Source: a virus. Taken from it: a stretch of 47,732 nucleotides of DNA. Positions 9,042 through 15,765 of the stretch are shown here, in pieces. The position numbers and the translations under genes were made by a program. The first letter of the stretch is position 1, and each line of letters opens with the position of its first letter. Below the pieces are notes generated by a model that had not been told where the DNA came from, did no database searches, and saw only the letters and a program-made list of their open reading frames with translations. The stretch lies in the IMG/VR virus record IMGVR_UViG_3300043602_000027, positions 1 to 47,732 of that record; one strand, given 5' to 3'.

Positions 9042-9266
9042 CTAAACGAAATATGCTAATGGTTGACCGACGCCGCACTGTTGTTTGAACCATTGCTTAT
9101 CAACTTCCAGCGCCGTAGCGGTCGCCTCTATTGCGATATGCAATGCCAGCGATGTTGTGAGAGTTGCCATTCTAACTTTACCATCTTCGGTGCGTGCAGC
9201 TAGCTCCTTTCGGATACTAGCTGCAATACCAACCGCGATTTCTTGCATGATTTCTTGTTTGGTCAT
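9042..9266 (-). CDS. hypothetical protein (74 aa)
   Basis: ORF track. Confidence 0.5.
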   Translation of the reverse strand: MTKQEIMQEIAVGIAASIRKELAARTEDGKVRMATLTTSLALHIAIEATATALEVDKQWFKQQCGVGQPLAYFV

Positions 9267-9269
9267 AAA

Positions 9270-9587
9270 CTATTGCCTAGTGAGGTTGGAATGGTCGGAT
9301 AATTCTAGCAATTCTTCCGCTAGCATATCCTTGAGAACTTCGTAAACAGTTCTCGCAGTCTGGTCTTCGCTGAATCCCATCGCGTAAGAAACTGCAATGG
9401 CTTCAAACAACCAAAACTGGATAATCTTGGTGATTCTGTTGGGATTGTTGTCAACTTGCTGAACTGCCGTAACAAACTTCTGAATATCAGTCTTCAGTAA
9501 GCTAACGGTGACTACTTCAGCGTATGCTTTGAGCTTGGGACCGGTAATGTCTTCTGGCTTGCGTGGGCTTAAAAGTGCTTTTTCCAT
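9270..9587 (-). CDS. hypothetical protein (105 aa), first gene downstream of promoter 9812-9841
   Basis: ORF track. SD is GGAGAGACA before the ATG. Confidence 0.55.
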   Translation of the reverse strand: MEKALLSPRKPEDITGPKLKAYAEVVTVSLLKTDIQKFVTAVQQVDNNPNRITKIIQFWLFEAIAVSYAMGFSEDQTARTVYEVLKDMLAEELLELSDHSNLTRQ

Positions 9588-9640
9588 TGTCTCTCCTATA
9601 TCAGTAGGATTGATTAACGTGTAAACTTTCTAACTTATCG

Positions 9641-9724
9641 CCTGCGGGATTCCGGGGATTCCGAGAATATCCCGGTAATTTTCCCGGTGATTTTCCCGGT
9701 ATCCTTCCCCCCGATATTCCCAGC
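9641..9724. repeat. left iteron array (12-bp phase, TTTTCCCGG-type units)
   Basis: Units GAATATCCCGGT (9665), AATTTTCCCGGT (9677), GATTTTCCCGGT (9689), ATCCTTCCCCCC (9701) and GATATTCCCAGC (9713), preceded by two GGGATTCC units (9646-9662). Confidence 0.8.
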
Positions 9725-9775
9725 GAAAGTCTGGCCGGGAGAAGCCTGTAAGTCGTTCTCTGGTCGAGACTTGCA

Positions 9776-9790
9776 CGGCGCGAAGCGCCG
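9776..9790 (-). other. GC hairpin in the leader downstream of promoter 9812-9841
   Basis: CGGCGC-GAA-GCGCCG, a perfect 6-bp stem. Confidence 0.5.
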
Positions 9791-9811
9791 ATGCTCTCTC
9801 TGTCCTTGGGT

Positions 9812-9841
9812 AGTCTAGCATAGGTATGGGCGGGTTGTCAA
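9812..9841 (-). promoter_or_regulatory. sigma70-like promoter (TTGACA-18-TAGACT) reading leftward
   Basis: The minus strand reads TTGACA ACCCGCCCATACCTATGC TAGACT. It shares CCTATGCTAGACT with promoter 10726-10754. Confidence 0.6.
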
Positions 9842-9899
9842 TGCCCTCAAAAGTGGACAGTGTGATTGGGGTGTATATAGTATAGGATAGTTTGAATAT

Positions 9900-9913
9900 A
9901 AAAAAAAAAAAAA
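9900..9913. repeat. A14 homopolymer within an AT-rich stretch (possible DNA unwinding element)
   Basis: 14 consecutive A followed by TAAAAAGAAAGAG. Flanked by the AT-rich TATATAGTATAGGATAGTTTGAATAT. Confidence 0.7.
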
Positions 9914-10059
9914 TAAAAAGAAAGAGACTAACTCACTACTCCCAAAGGCCCGAAAGGGTGTCAGGGGGTATGCCTATAAGGTAGGGGGGAGAGAGAGGGG
10001 CGCTCTAGGAGCCGCGCCTAAGTGCTTGTCTGGCAAGGGGATAGCGACCGCCGTTAATT

Positions 10060-10129
10060 TGAAAATCGGGGGGGAAAATCGCCGGGAAATTCGCCGGGAA
10101 AACCACAGGGAAAACCACCGGGAAAATCT
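10060..10129. repeat. right iteron array, reverse complement of the left array
   Basis: GGGAAAATC (10072), GCCGGGAAATTC (10081), GCCGGGAAAACC (10093), ACAGGGAAAACC (10105) and ACCGGGAAAATC (10117). Exact 12-bp spacing. ACCGGGAAAATC is the reverse complement of GATTTTCCCGGT. Confidence 0.8.
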
Positions 10130-10192
10130 GGATTTTACCCCTATTGTTTGAAAAACTTCCAGTAAATAATTTATCCCAGGAAAGTTAGTGAG

Positions 10193-10232
10193 ATAAAAAA
10201 AATCCCCCTAGCCACTCAAGACTAGGGGGATT
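10193..10232 (-). terminator. intrinsic terminator of gene 10258..10650
   Basis: AATCCCCCTAG-10 nt loop-CTAGGGGGATT (11-bp stem), followed on the minus strand by T8-9. Confidence 0.8.
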
Positions 10233-10257
10233 GTAGTTAGTCGGGTTGGTATGTAGA

Positions 10258-10650
10258 TTAAAACCCGAACTGCGTGCGAATCGCTTTCTCAGCTTCGACC
10301 AGTGAGATGTTCTTCAGGGCTGCGAGCTTCTTCGCCATGCTGGTGATTGCCTTGTCGGGACCAGCAACTGAGGTAAGGAACTGTGCGCGAGCGGCCTGAC
10401 GCGCATTGGCTTCCATGACCTGATTAAACCGGCTGAGAATCCATGCGACCATCAAATCCTGACGGTTCTCAGCAGTGACGGGAATCTCACCCTCTTTTTC
10501 GCCAACTGCGGCAACGGTTTCGTCCGCAATCTGCATCGCGTCTTCCAGTGAAGGAGCCTGCTTTGCGGTATACGGCACTTCCTGTTCCAGTTCGTTCCCG
10601 TCCTTGGTATACTTGACCAAGGTTGTTGCACTCTTCGTTTCGATTGCCAT
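10258..10650 (-). CDS. hypothetical protein (130 aa) in its own promoter-to-terminator unit
   Basis: ORF track. GGAG SD. Near-consensus promoter 10726-10754 upstream and strong hairpin plus T-run 10193-10232 downstream. Visibly GC-richer than the core genome. Confidence 0.65.
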   Translation of the reverse strand: MAIETKSATTLVKYTKDGNELEQEVPYTAKQAPSLEDAMQIADETVAAVGEKEGEIPVTAENRQDLMVAWILSRFNQVMEANARQAARAQFLTSVAGPDKAITSMAKKLAALKNISLVEAEKAIRTQFGF

Positions 10651-10725
10651 TGTTCTACTCTCCTGTTTATCTGACGTTTCCGATTGTTTGGGCTAGCCGT
10701 TCAGCGACTAGCCACCATGAAAAGC

Positions 10726-10754
10726 AGTCTAGCATAGGTGCTCTTGAATGTCAA
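10726..10754 (-). promoter_or_regulatory. sigma70-like promoter (TTGACA-17-TAGACT)
   Basis: The minus strand reads TTGACA TTCAAGAGCACCTATGC TAGACT, about 70 nt upstream of ATG 10650. Confidence 0.65.
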
Positions 10755-10757
10755 CAC

Positions 10758-10895
10758 CTATTTTCGACCAGTGTCCAGATACTTGAAGGCCATTAGGACT
10801 GCGACCAGACCGGCCAGCAAGTAAGCAATAGAGGGAAATGCGGCAAAGAGCGAGAACGCGAGCAATGCCGCTAGACTCCAAAGGTAACTAATCAT
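10758..10895 (-). CDS. possible 45-aa hydrophobic membrane peptide
   Basis: My own translation: MISYLWSLAALLAFSLFAAFPSIAYLLAGLVAVLMAFKYLDTGRK. Promoter-like TTGACT-17-CATACT ends ~7 nt before the ATG, so the mRNA may be leaderless. Confidence 0.35.
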   Translation of the reverse strand: MISYLWSLAALLAFSLFAAFPSIAYLLAGLVAVLMAFKYLDTGRK

Positions 10896-10902
10896 GTATG
10901 CC

Positions 10903-10931
10903 AGTATGAACTAGCTGGTATAAAAAGTCAA
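10903..10931 (-). promoter_or_regulatory. promoter-like element TTGACT-17-CATACT (possible leaderless transcript)
   Basis: The minus strand reads TTGACT TTTTATACCAGCTAGTT CATACT GGCATAC ATG. Confidence 0.35.
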
Positions 10932-10941
10932 GCATAAAAAG

Positions 10942-10994
10942 AAATAAACTGGCGTTTATTTGTTTTGGGAATAAACTAAAATAAACTGGCGTTT
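10942..10994. repeat. two direct copies of AAATAAACTGGCGTTT (10942-10957, 10979-10994) plus a partial copy between
   Basis: Exact 16-mers 37 bp apart, just upstream of promoter-like element 10903-10931. Confidence 0.75.
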
Positions 10995-11083
10995 GTTTGA
11001 AATCTGGGTACATCGCGCGGAGCTACCAACTGGATTCTTTAATTTGAGAAGTTTAATTTAAGACTGGGGCTTGTGAGATAAGG

Positions 11084-11123
11084 GTACCTTGCTGGATAAA
11101 GGTACCTTGCTGAAACAAGGTAG
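11084..11123. repeat. GGTACCTTGCTG x2 direct (11084, 11102) plus inverted half-site CAAGGTA (11117)
   Basis: Read directly: AAGGGTACCTTGCTGGATAAAGGTACCTTGCTGAAACAAGGTA. Confidence 0.7.
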
Positions 11124-11136
11124 TGGGCTGCACAAA

Positions 11137-11191
11137 AGCCCTATAGAGTATCTGTTATCCTTAAATTAAAGGTTGCAGGCTCTATAGGGCT
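11137..11191 (-). terminator. long hairpin (12-bp perfect stem) followed by TTTTG on the minus strand; candidate terminator of the first early unit
   Basis: AGCCCTATAGAG (11137-11148) / CTCTATAGGGCT (11180-11191) with a 31-nt loop holding an inner CCTT/AAGG stem. The large loop makes terminator function uncertain. Confidence 0.4.
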
Positions 11192-11290
11192 AGCTTGTGC
11201 GGGATGTTTTGCGAGCTAGGATATCAGCCTTCCATACTTCCGGCCCTAGCTGTTACTTTATCCCAAGCTTGATATCAAATTCGCCTTGGA

Positions 11291-11482
11291 CTAGTCCGAG
11301 TCAGAGCCACAGCTAGTGATTTCGATGGTTAGCACGTTGCGCCACCTTACAGGCTCATTCCCGAAGCAAGTAATATCGTATGCGTTGTATCCCTTGTATG
11401 TAATCCGCTGCACGCTGATAAGTCTCGCGGTGAATTCATTACGCGGGTTTTCGCCGTCCGTATAGGTGATAAGAATGTCCAT
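11291..11482 (-). CDS. hypothetical protein (63 aa)
   Basis: ORF track. Lies in the GC-richer island. Confidence 0.45.
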   Translation of the reverse strand: MDILITYTDGENPRNEFTARLISVQRITYKGYNAYDITCFGNEPVRWRNVLTIEITSCGSDSD

Positions 11483-11508
11483 TGTTTAAAAGCCTCTCAT
11501 ATTGAATG

Positions 11509-11533
11509 CTAGACGGTTTGCAGTCCCGTCTAG
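11509..11533 (-). other. intercistronic hairpin between the AAA-partner gene and the 63-aa ORF
   Basis: CTAGACGG-9 nt-CCGTCTAG, with no U-run. Confidence 0.45.
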
Positions 11534-11557
11534 CGGTTAGTGTGCCGCGTAGCGGCG

Positions 11558-12430
11558 TTAAGCGTTATCGAGAGTAACTCCGAGTAATTCAAGCTGAGCC
11601 TTAATCCAAGCCTCAGCAGCTTCCAGCTTTTGCCATTGGACATCTAAGCCATATGCGCCCGAAATGTAGATATCCGTATCAGCGGGTTTTTTGTCGTTAT
11701 TGCGTGCGTAATCCGTAAAGCTTCCGCAATTGAATTCTGCTGATTTTTTACCGTCGATACCCATCGTCGATAAAGCTTGAAAGCAAAAACCGCGCATGAA
11801 TGATGGATGGGCTAAGGCATAGCAAATCTGGTCGTATTGCGCGTGATAATCGAGATTTTTTAGCGGTATCTCAATATGGTGAATCAGCCGTGAATTGAAG
11901 TTAGAACCAATGCGATAGATGGCCTTCAATTCAACACGTTTTCCCGCAGTCTCCAGTGCATCTATCAGCGCCATGATTGCGGAACCTTTTGCGATAAGCA
12001 AGGGAACCTCTACCATCGCGGAAGCTACAACGTTCACGACAATTTTAACAATCGGCCCGTTAGAAGACTCGCGCATGTCTTCAGTCTCGAAATAGCTCAT
12101 AACGGATTCAGGCTCACCAGACATAACACGCGCCATGTCGTATCCATAATCGCCCGTCGTATCGAAATACAATTCAGGCTGTAGAACGTGCGATGTAATG
12201 TCCAGCTTGTCAGCTAGTGCCTTGAATTTTTCACGTCCTTCCGGCCATCCCTTAGTCGCCAGCTTTTGAGCCTCAGCCAAGCTGCTAACGTGCGAAAAGC
12301 TACGATTTTTAAGGCTAGCCATTGCGTTATAGTTTGGCTTGCTCACAAAAGACTCTGATATTTTCTCGATAAATTCTGAGAAATTTTCAAAGTAAAGCTG
12401 GCTCAGATTTTCCGTTGTTTCGTATCGCAT
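11558..12430 (-). CDS. partner of the AAA+ ATPase; possibly a degenerate vWA-like (CobT-like) protein
   Basis: Its start overlaps the ATPase stop by 1 nt (position 12430). The segment PIVKIVVNVVASAMV sits where a vWA beta1-MIDAS (hhhhDxSGSM) would be, but the metal ligands are replaced, and IYISGAYG stands in place of hhhTDG. The fold assignment is inference only. Confidence 0.35.
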   Translation of the reverse strand: MRYETTENLSQLYFENFSEFIEKISESFVSKPNYNAMASLKNRSFSHVSSLAEAQKLATKGWPEGREKFKALADKLDITSHVLQPELYFDTTGDYGYDMARVMSGEPESVMSYFETEDMRESSNGPIVKIVVNVVASAMVEVPLLIAKGSAIMALIDALETAGKRVELKAIYRIGSNFNSRLIHHIEIPLKNLDYHAQYDQICYALAHPSFMRGFCFQALSTMGIDGKKSAEFNCGSFTDYARNNDKKPADTDIYISGAYGLDVQWQKLEAAEAWIKAQLELLGVTLDNA

Positions 12431-13650
12431 TATCGAATCCCTGCTTCAAGCTTGCGCCTATCGTCTGGTGAGACTCCGAAAAACAGAACGTCGGAGTAAA
12501 CGTCTTCCAAGCTACAGCCATCGTCCAAGAGTGCTACGCCGTTTTCGATGTTACGTGTTCCGAAACAGGCGCGAATACCTAATTCATTTTGCTTTGCGCG
12601 AAGCTTCCATACAAGCTTTACGAAATCTGGCTGAGTAGCACCTAACTTTTGCTCAAGGTCTGTATCGTAAAGCCACTCGATGCCGACGAAACGATTCAGT
12701 GTCGCCATGTCCAATTGTTTTCTATCGGGATGCATACGATTACCGCCATGTCCGAACGTGTTAGCAGCAGCGATAATTCTGAAATTCTCATGCTTTTTGC
12801 ATGTAACCGTTTTGTTTTCGTCGCCATGGTCAGCAGGGAACGAAACGTAATCGTTAGCGATAAGAGAATTCAGATACGTCAGCGCGCCAGCACTTGCAGA
12901 ATCCATTTCATCTACAAGTAACAATCCGCCGTTCACAAATGCATCGCGTATGACCGTCCAGACTGCTTTCCCGCTTGCGTCAGTGAATCCGAAAAAATCA
13001 GATTTCGATGTTTGCGGGCCTACTGAGATAGGGCAGAATTTCAGACCGAGAATTTCAGCAGCTTTGAATCCAGCAGTAGTCTTACCCGTTCCAGCAGGGC
13101 CGACCAGCAGAACGTTACGCTTGAGCCTGAGATAACGCATAAGCTTTGGCATTTGAACGTGACATGAATCGAAACGCTGTAATTCAGTCCCGTTGCTGTC
13201 GTGAATGACAAGCGTATGCTCAACACGTTGAATGCCGGAAAGCTGCTGTTTCAGCTTGGCAATTTCGGCCAGCATTTCAGCTTTCAAAGCTGTTTCAGTC
13301 TGGCTGATTTCAGCTTGCACGTTTGGCCGGATAATGCTGTAGAGCGATGTCGATTCGCTAGTGATTGGCTGAGGCTGAGTCTTCTCAGGCTGAGGCTTGA
13401 ATTCAGGCTCTGGCAATTGCTGAGTCTGGCTAGGTTTTTCAGTCTCAGACTTTGGCAGTTCTACTCCGCCGAAATTCCGTTCTGATTCAGGGATAAAATC
13501 TGTCTTCGGGCCGGTAGTTCTCAGCCCATTTTTGCAGTAATGCACGCTGCCATCATCGACGTTGTGTTGACGGATGCTGCCCGTCGTGTTTTCCCAAGTG
13601 AAAGACGTTTTGCAGTGAAAGCAAGTATGCACGCGTTTCGTTCTAGCCAT
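12430..13650 (-). CDS. CobS/MoxR-like AAA+ ATPase (AAA_5 type) with N-terminal zinc ribbon and P/Q/E-rich linker
   Basis: Walker A VLLVGPAGTGKTT, Walker B GGLLLVDEMDSA, sensor-1 RIIAAANTFGHGGN, LDMATLNRF. N-terminal CFHC...HYC. First gene of the minus arm. Confidence 0.75.
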   Translation of the reverse strand: MARTKRVHTCFHCKTSFTWENTTGSIRQHNVDDGSVHYCKNGLRTTGPKTDFIPESERNFGGVELPKSETEKPSQTQQLPEPEFKPQPEKTQPQPITSESTSLYSIIRPNVQAEISQTETALKAEMLAEIAKLKQQLSGIQRVEHTLVIHDSNGTELQRFDSCHVQMPKLMRYLRLKRNVLLVGPAGTGKTTAGFKAAEILGLKFCPISVGPQTSKSDFFGFTDASGKAVWTVIRDAFVNGGLLLVDEMDSASAGALTYLNSLIANDYVSFPADHGDENKTVTCKKHENFRIIAAANTFGHGGNRMHPDRKQLDMATLNRFVGIEWLYDTDLEQKLGATQPDFVKLVWKLRAKQNELGIRACFGTRNIENGVALLDDGCSLEDVYSDVLFFGVSPDDRRKLEAGIR

Positions 13651-13705
13651 CTAAAATCTCTCCGTTGTCAGCTTCTAATCCCTAGCTGTTGGGTTGCGCT
13701 GAATG

Positions 13706-13735
13706 CGCTTACAGCTAGCATAAACCCAATGTCAA
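13706..13735 (-). promoter_or_regulatory. weak promoter candidate (TTGACA-18-TAAGCG) for the minus arm
   Basis: The -35 is perfect and the -10 poor. It also contains TATGCTAG, as in the two better promoters. Confidence 0.3.
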
Positions 13736-13787
13736 GCGTTTCACGTTTTTGTTAGCATTTCGTTAATGTTAGTTTAATAACATATAG

Positions 13788-13801
13788 CTTTACCGGTAAA
13801 G
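13788..13801. promoter_or_regulatory. perfect 14-bp palindrome CTTTACCGGTAAAG (operator candidate 1)
   Basis: Read directly. An identical copy lies at 13901-13914. Confidence 0.7.
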
Positions 13802-13810
13802 TACTGGGGT

Positions 13811-13839
13811 ATTCTGTGCAATTGTGATTTATTTCACAA
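13811..13839 (-). promoter_or_regulatory. alternative minus-arm promoter candidate (TTGTGA-17-CAGAAT)
   Basis: The predicted start would fall on palindrome 13788-13801, giving operator-over-TSS geometry. Confidence 0.3.
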
Positions 13840-13900
13840 GCGAGCGCGCCTATAAATAATGTTAAATTAAAATCATATGGTGCTGGGAAAATATCCAATA

Positions 13901-13914
13901 CTTTACCGGTAAAG
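13901..13914. promoter_or_regulatory. perfect 14-bp palindrome CTTTACCGGTAAAG (operator candidate 2)
   Basis: Read directly, 113 bp centre to centre from copy 1. Confidence 0.7.
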
Positions 13915-14340
13915 CTGACGGTAATTTAAACTACCCCATATGCCCAGAATTGTCGGAACCCCCGCGCCTTGGTCGGACCAAAAGCTTAGAGACACTCGCT
14001 ATATCATACTTAGCAATTTAATTCATCGAATATATACAATCAAATAACAATCCTTTTTTCCTATAAAATTTTTATAAATTTCACACTCATACACAGCCAT
14101 AGCGGGCTTCGCCCGCCTATCCCACCAGAGCCGCTAGGAGCCTCTATATAAGGATGCAACCAAGCCGGAATAGTGGACTGGCCTGTTGCCCTCAATCCCC
14201 TTTTAAATCAACGATTAGACCCCTTCTCGCACCTATCAGACGACCAGACCCGTCCCGTTCAGGAGCCGCACAGGGGCAATCCCGACCAGCCACATTCAGC
14301 CTAAAAGTTGCTGAGTATAACTCCCCGCCAATTAACATTA

Positions 14341-14369
14341 ATTGACAAAAAATCCATCTTCGGCTATAA
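14341..14369 (+). promoter_or_regulatory. perfect consensus sigma70 promoter TTGACA-17-TATAAT for the plus arm
   Basis: TTGACA (14341-14346), a 17-nt spacer, then TATAAT (14364-14369). The first ATGs lie ~50 nt downstream. Confidence 0.75.
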
Positions 14370-14422
14370 TCCTCTCGCAAGACGCTCCCCCACTCACAAA
14401 CTATAAAATTTATATATTAGGA

Positions 14423-15055
14423 ATGGATATGTTAATATCTGTAGCGGAAGCTTTAGAAAGACTAGAGTCACCGAATAATCTAGCGAATCGGCGTTCAATC
14501 AATGACGCTGATACTCGTAAAACTATTAGGATGAGACTCCCAGAGCATCCAGCGGATACGACTGCAATAGTTCCACTTCACAACGGCGGGCGTAGACCTG
14601 GGGATAAAAATGTTAGTGAGGAAGATAGAGCAAATATCGGCGCAGAGGCTCAAATTAAGACTCTCGCTGAAGTAGCAGCAGATAACAATGTTAGTCTCCA
14701 TCATGTGCATGAGCTTTCCAATGGAATGCACTCTACTGCACAAGGCCAAGACCCAAACTTGGTCAATAACATAAATGAAAAGCTAGATGAACCCCATCAA
14801 CTAGCTCTCAAGAAACTCACCTCTACACTACTTTCAATAGACGAATCAAAGTTAGCTAAAGAGAAGCCTAAAGATTTGGCTAATATGGCGCGCGCCCTCG
14901 CCGGGGTTGCAGAGCATACCGCACCGATTAAACATAAGGGGGCGGAAGAAGATGCCCTAGCTGGTTGTCGTTTAGTGGTATACGCTCCTACTTTGAAGAC
15001 AGAGAACCACTATGAAACAGTTCAGGTTGCTGCACCAGTTAAAATTTTAGATTAA
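14423..15055 (+). CDS. hypothetical DNA-binding-like protein (possible small terminase candidate)
   Basis: The ORF track starts at TTG 14342, which lies inside the consensus promoter. The first ATGs downstream of the predicted TSS are 14423 and 14429, after AGGA. The HTH-like stretch TLAEVAADNNVSLHHVHELSNG is the only clue to function. Confidence 0.5.
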   Translation: MDMLISVAEALERLESPNNLANRRSINDADTRKTIRMRLPEHPADTTAIVPLHNGGRRPGDKNVSEEDRANIGAEAQIKTLAEVAADNNVSLHHVHELSNGMHSTAQGQDPNLVNNINEKLDEPHQLALKKLTSTLLSIDESKLAKEKPKDLANMARALAGVAEHTAPIKHKGAEEDALAGCRLVVYAPTLKTENHYETVQVAAPVKILD

Positions 15056-15067
15056 GGAGACTAATGC

Positions 15068-15547
15068 ATGAGGATTACTATCAAGACAGACCACGGCTAT
15101 CTTAGTATTCAACCTAACGGAACGATAGAGTTTCGTGAAGTAGCAGGGGGATGGGAGACATTTAATGTTGAGTCTCTTGACCCTCTTAATATTCAAGTTC
15201 CCCCCACAACTCCACCTGACAGCGGCGGCATGGCACCTCAGCCCACTTCGGACTATGTAGCTTACGTGAAAGATAAATTACTAAAGCAGGGTAAGAATCT
15301 CAGTGGCGCATGTGGTGCATTTGAAGTCACCAAGAATGTCGCATGGGATTTGCGTAATTATGGCTATGGTCTACTGGATAAGCCGTCTGGGAATATGTGC
15401 AGTGGCTATGCTGTAGATATCGTCATGTTGCCAGATGGTAGGGGATGGGATATTCTTGGGGATGGCGGCGGTGCTAACCAACCTCAGTGGAATCAAACTG
15501 AGATAGAGGATGGCGTTGCGAGATATCGCCCGGCGGTGACTCCATGA
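15068..15547 (+). CDS. hypothetical protein (159 aa)
   Basis: ORF track. GGAG SD. No catalytic motif recognised. Confidence 0.55.
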   Translation: MRITIKTDHGYLSIQPNGTIEFREVAGGWETFNVESLDPLNIQVPPTTPPDSGGMAPQPTSDYVAYVKDKLLKQGKNLSGACGAFEVTKNVAWDLRNYGYGLLDKPSGNMCSGYAVDIVMLPDGRGWDILGDGGGANQPQWNQTEIEDGVARYRPAVTP

Positions 15548-15765
15548 ATAATATTGGATGGGCATTAGAACAATTGATTCATGGTAATAAAGTAAGGCGA
15601 GCAGGCTGGAACGGACCTAATCAGTGGCTTGGATTGCAGGTGCCAGATAAGAATAGTAAGATGACTTTGCCGTATATCTATATCTACACAGTGCAGGGAG
15701 ATTTAGTTCCTTGGCTGGCATCCCAGACAGATATTCTTGCAACAGATTGGGAAGCGATTCAGTAA
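15544..15765 (+). CDS. DUF2829-family protein (Tad2-like candidate nucleotide-signal sponge)
   Basis: ALEQLIHGNKVRRAGWNG ... LPYIYIYT ... PWLASQTDILATDWEAI matches the DUF2829 pattern (G-K-h-R-R-x-GWNG, PyI, PW, s-D-hLA-DWE). ATGA coupling to the upstream gene. Confidence 0.7.
   Translation: MNNIGWALEQLIHGNKVRRAGWNGPNQWLGLQVPDKNSKMTLPYIYIYTVQGDLVPWLASQTDILATDWEAIQ

Noticed and set aside
9630-9821. 63-aa ORF on the minus strand in the iteron region
   Set aside because: Its sequence (…YRGEGYRENHRENYRDILGIPGIP…) is simply the translation of the 12-bp repeats. Its start codon lies inside promoter 9812-9841, and it has no SD.
9641-10129. Considered whether the short tandem repeats are a CRISPR array
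   Set aside because: The units are 12 bp and contiguous, with no spacers. The two blocks are inverted relative to each other, and there is no cas gene or leader.
14154-14380. Two mutually overlapping ORFs (14154..14345 + and 14192..14380 -) in the GC-rich block
   Set aside because: They shadow each other, run into the consensus promoter, and have Pro/Arg/Ser-rich compositions typical of GC-rich non-coding DNA. The block remains unexplained.
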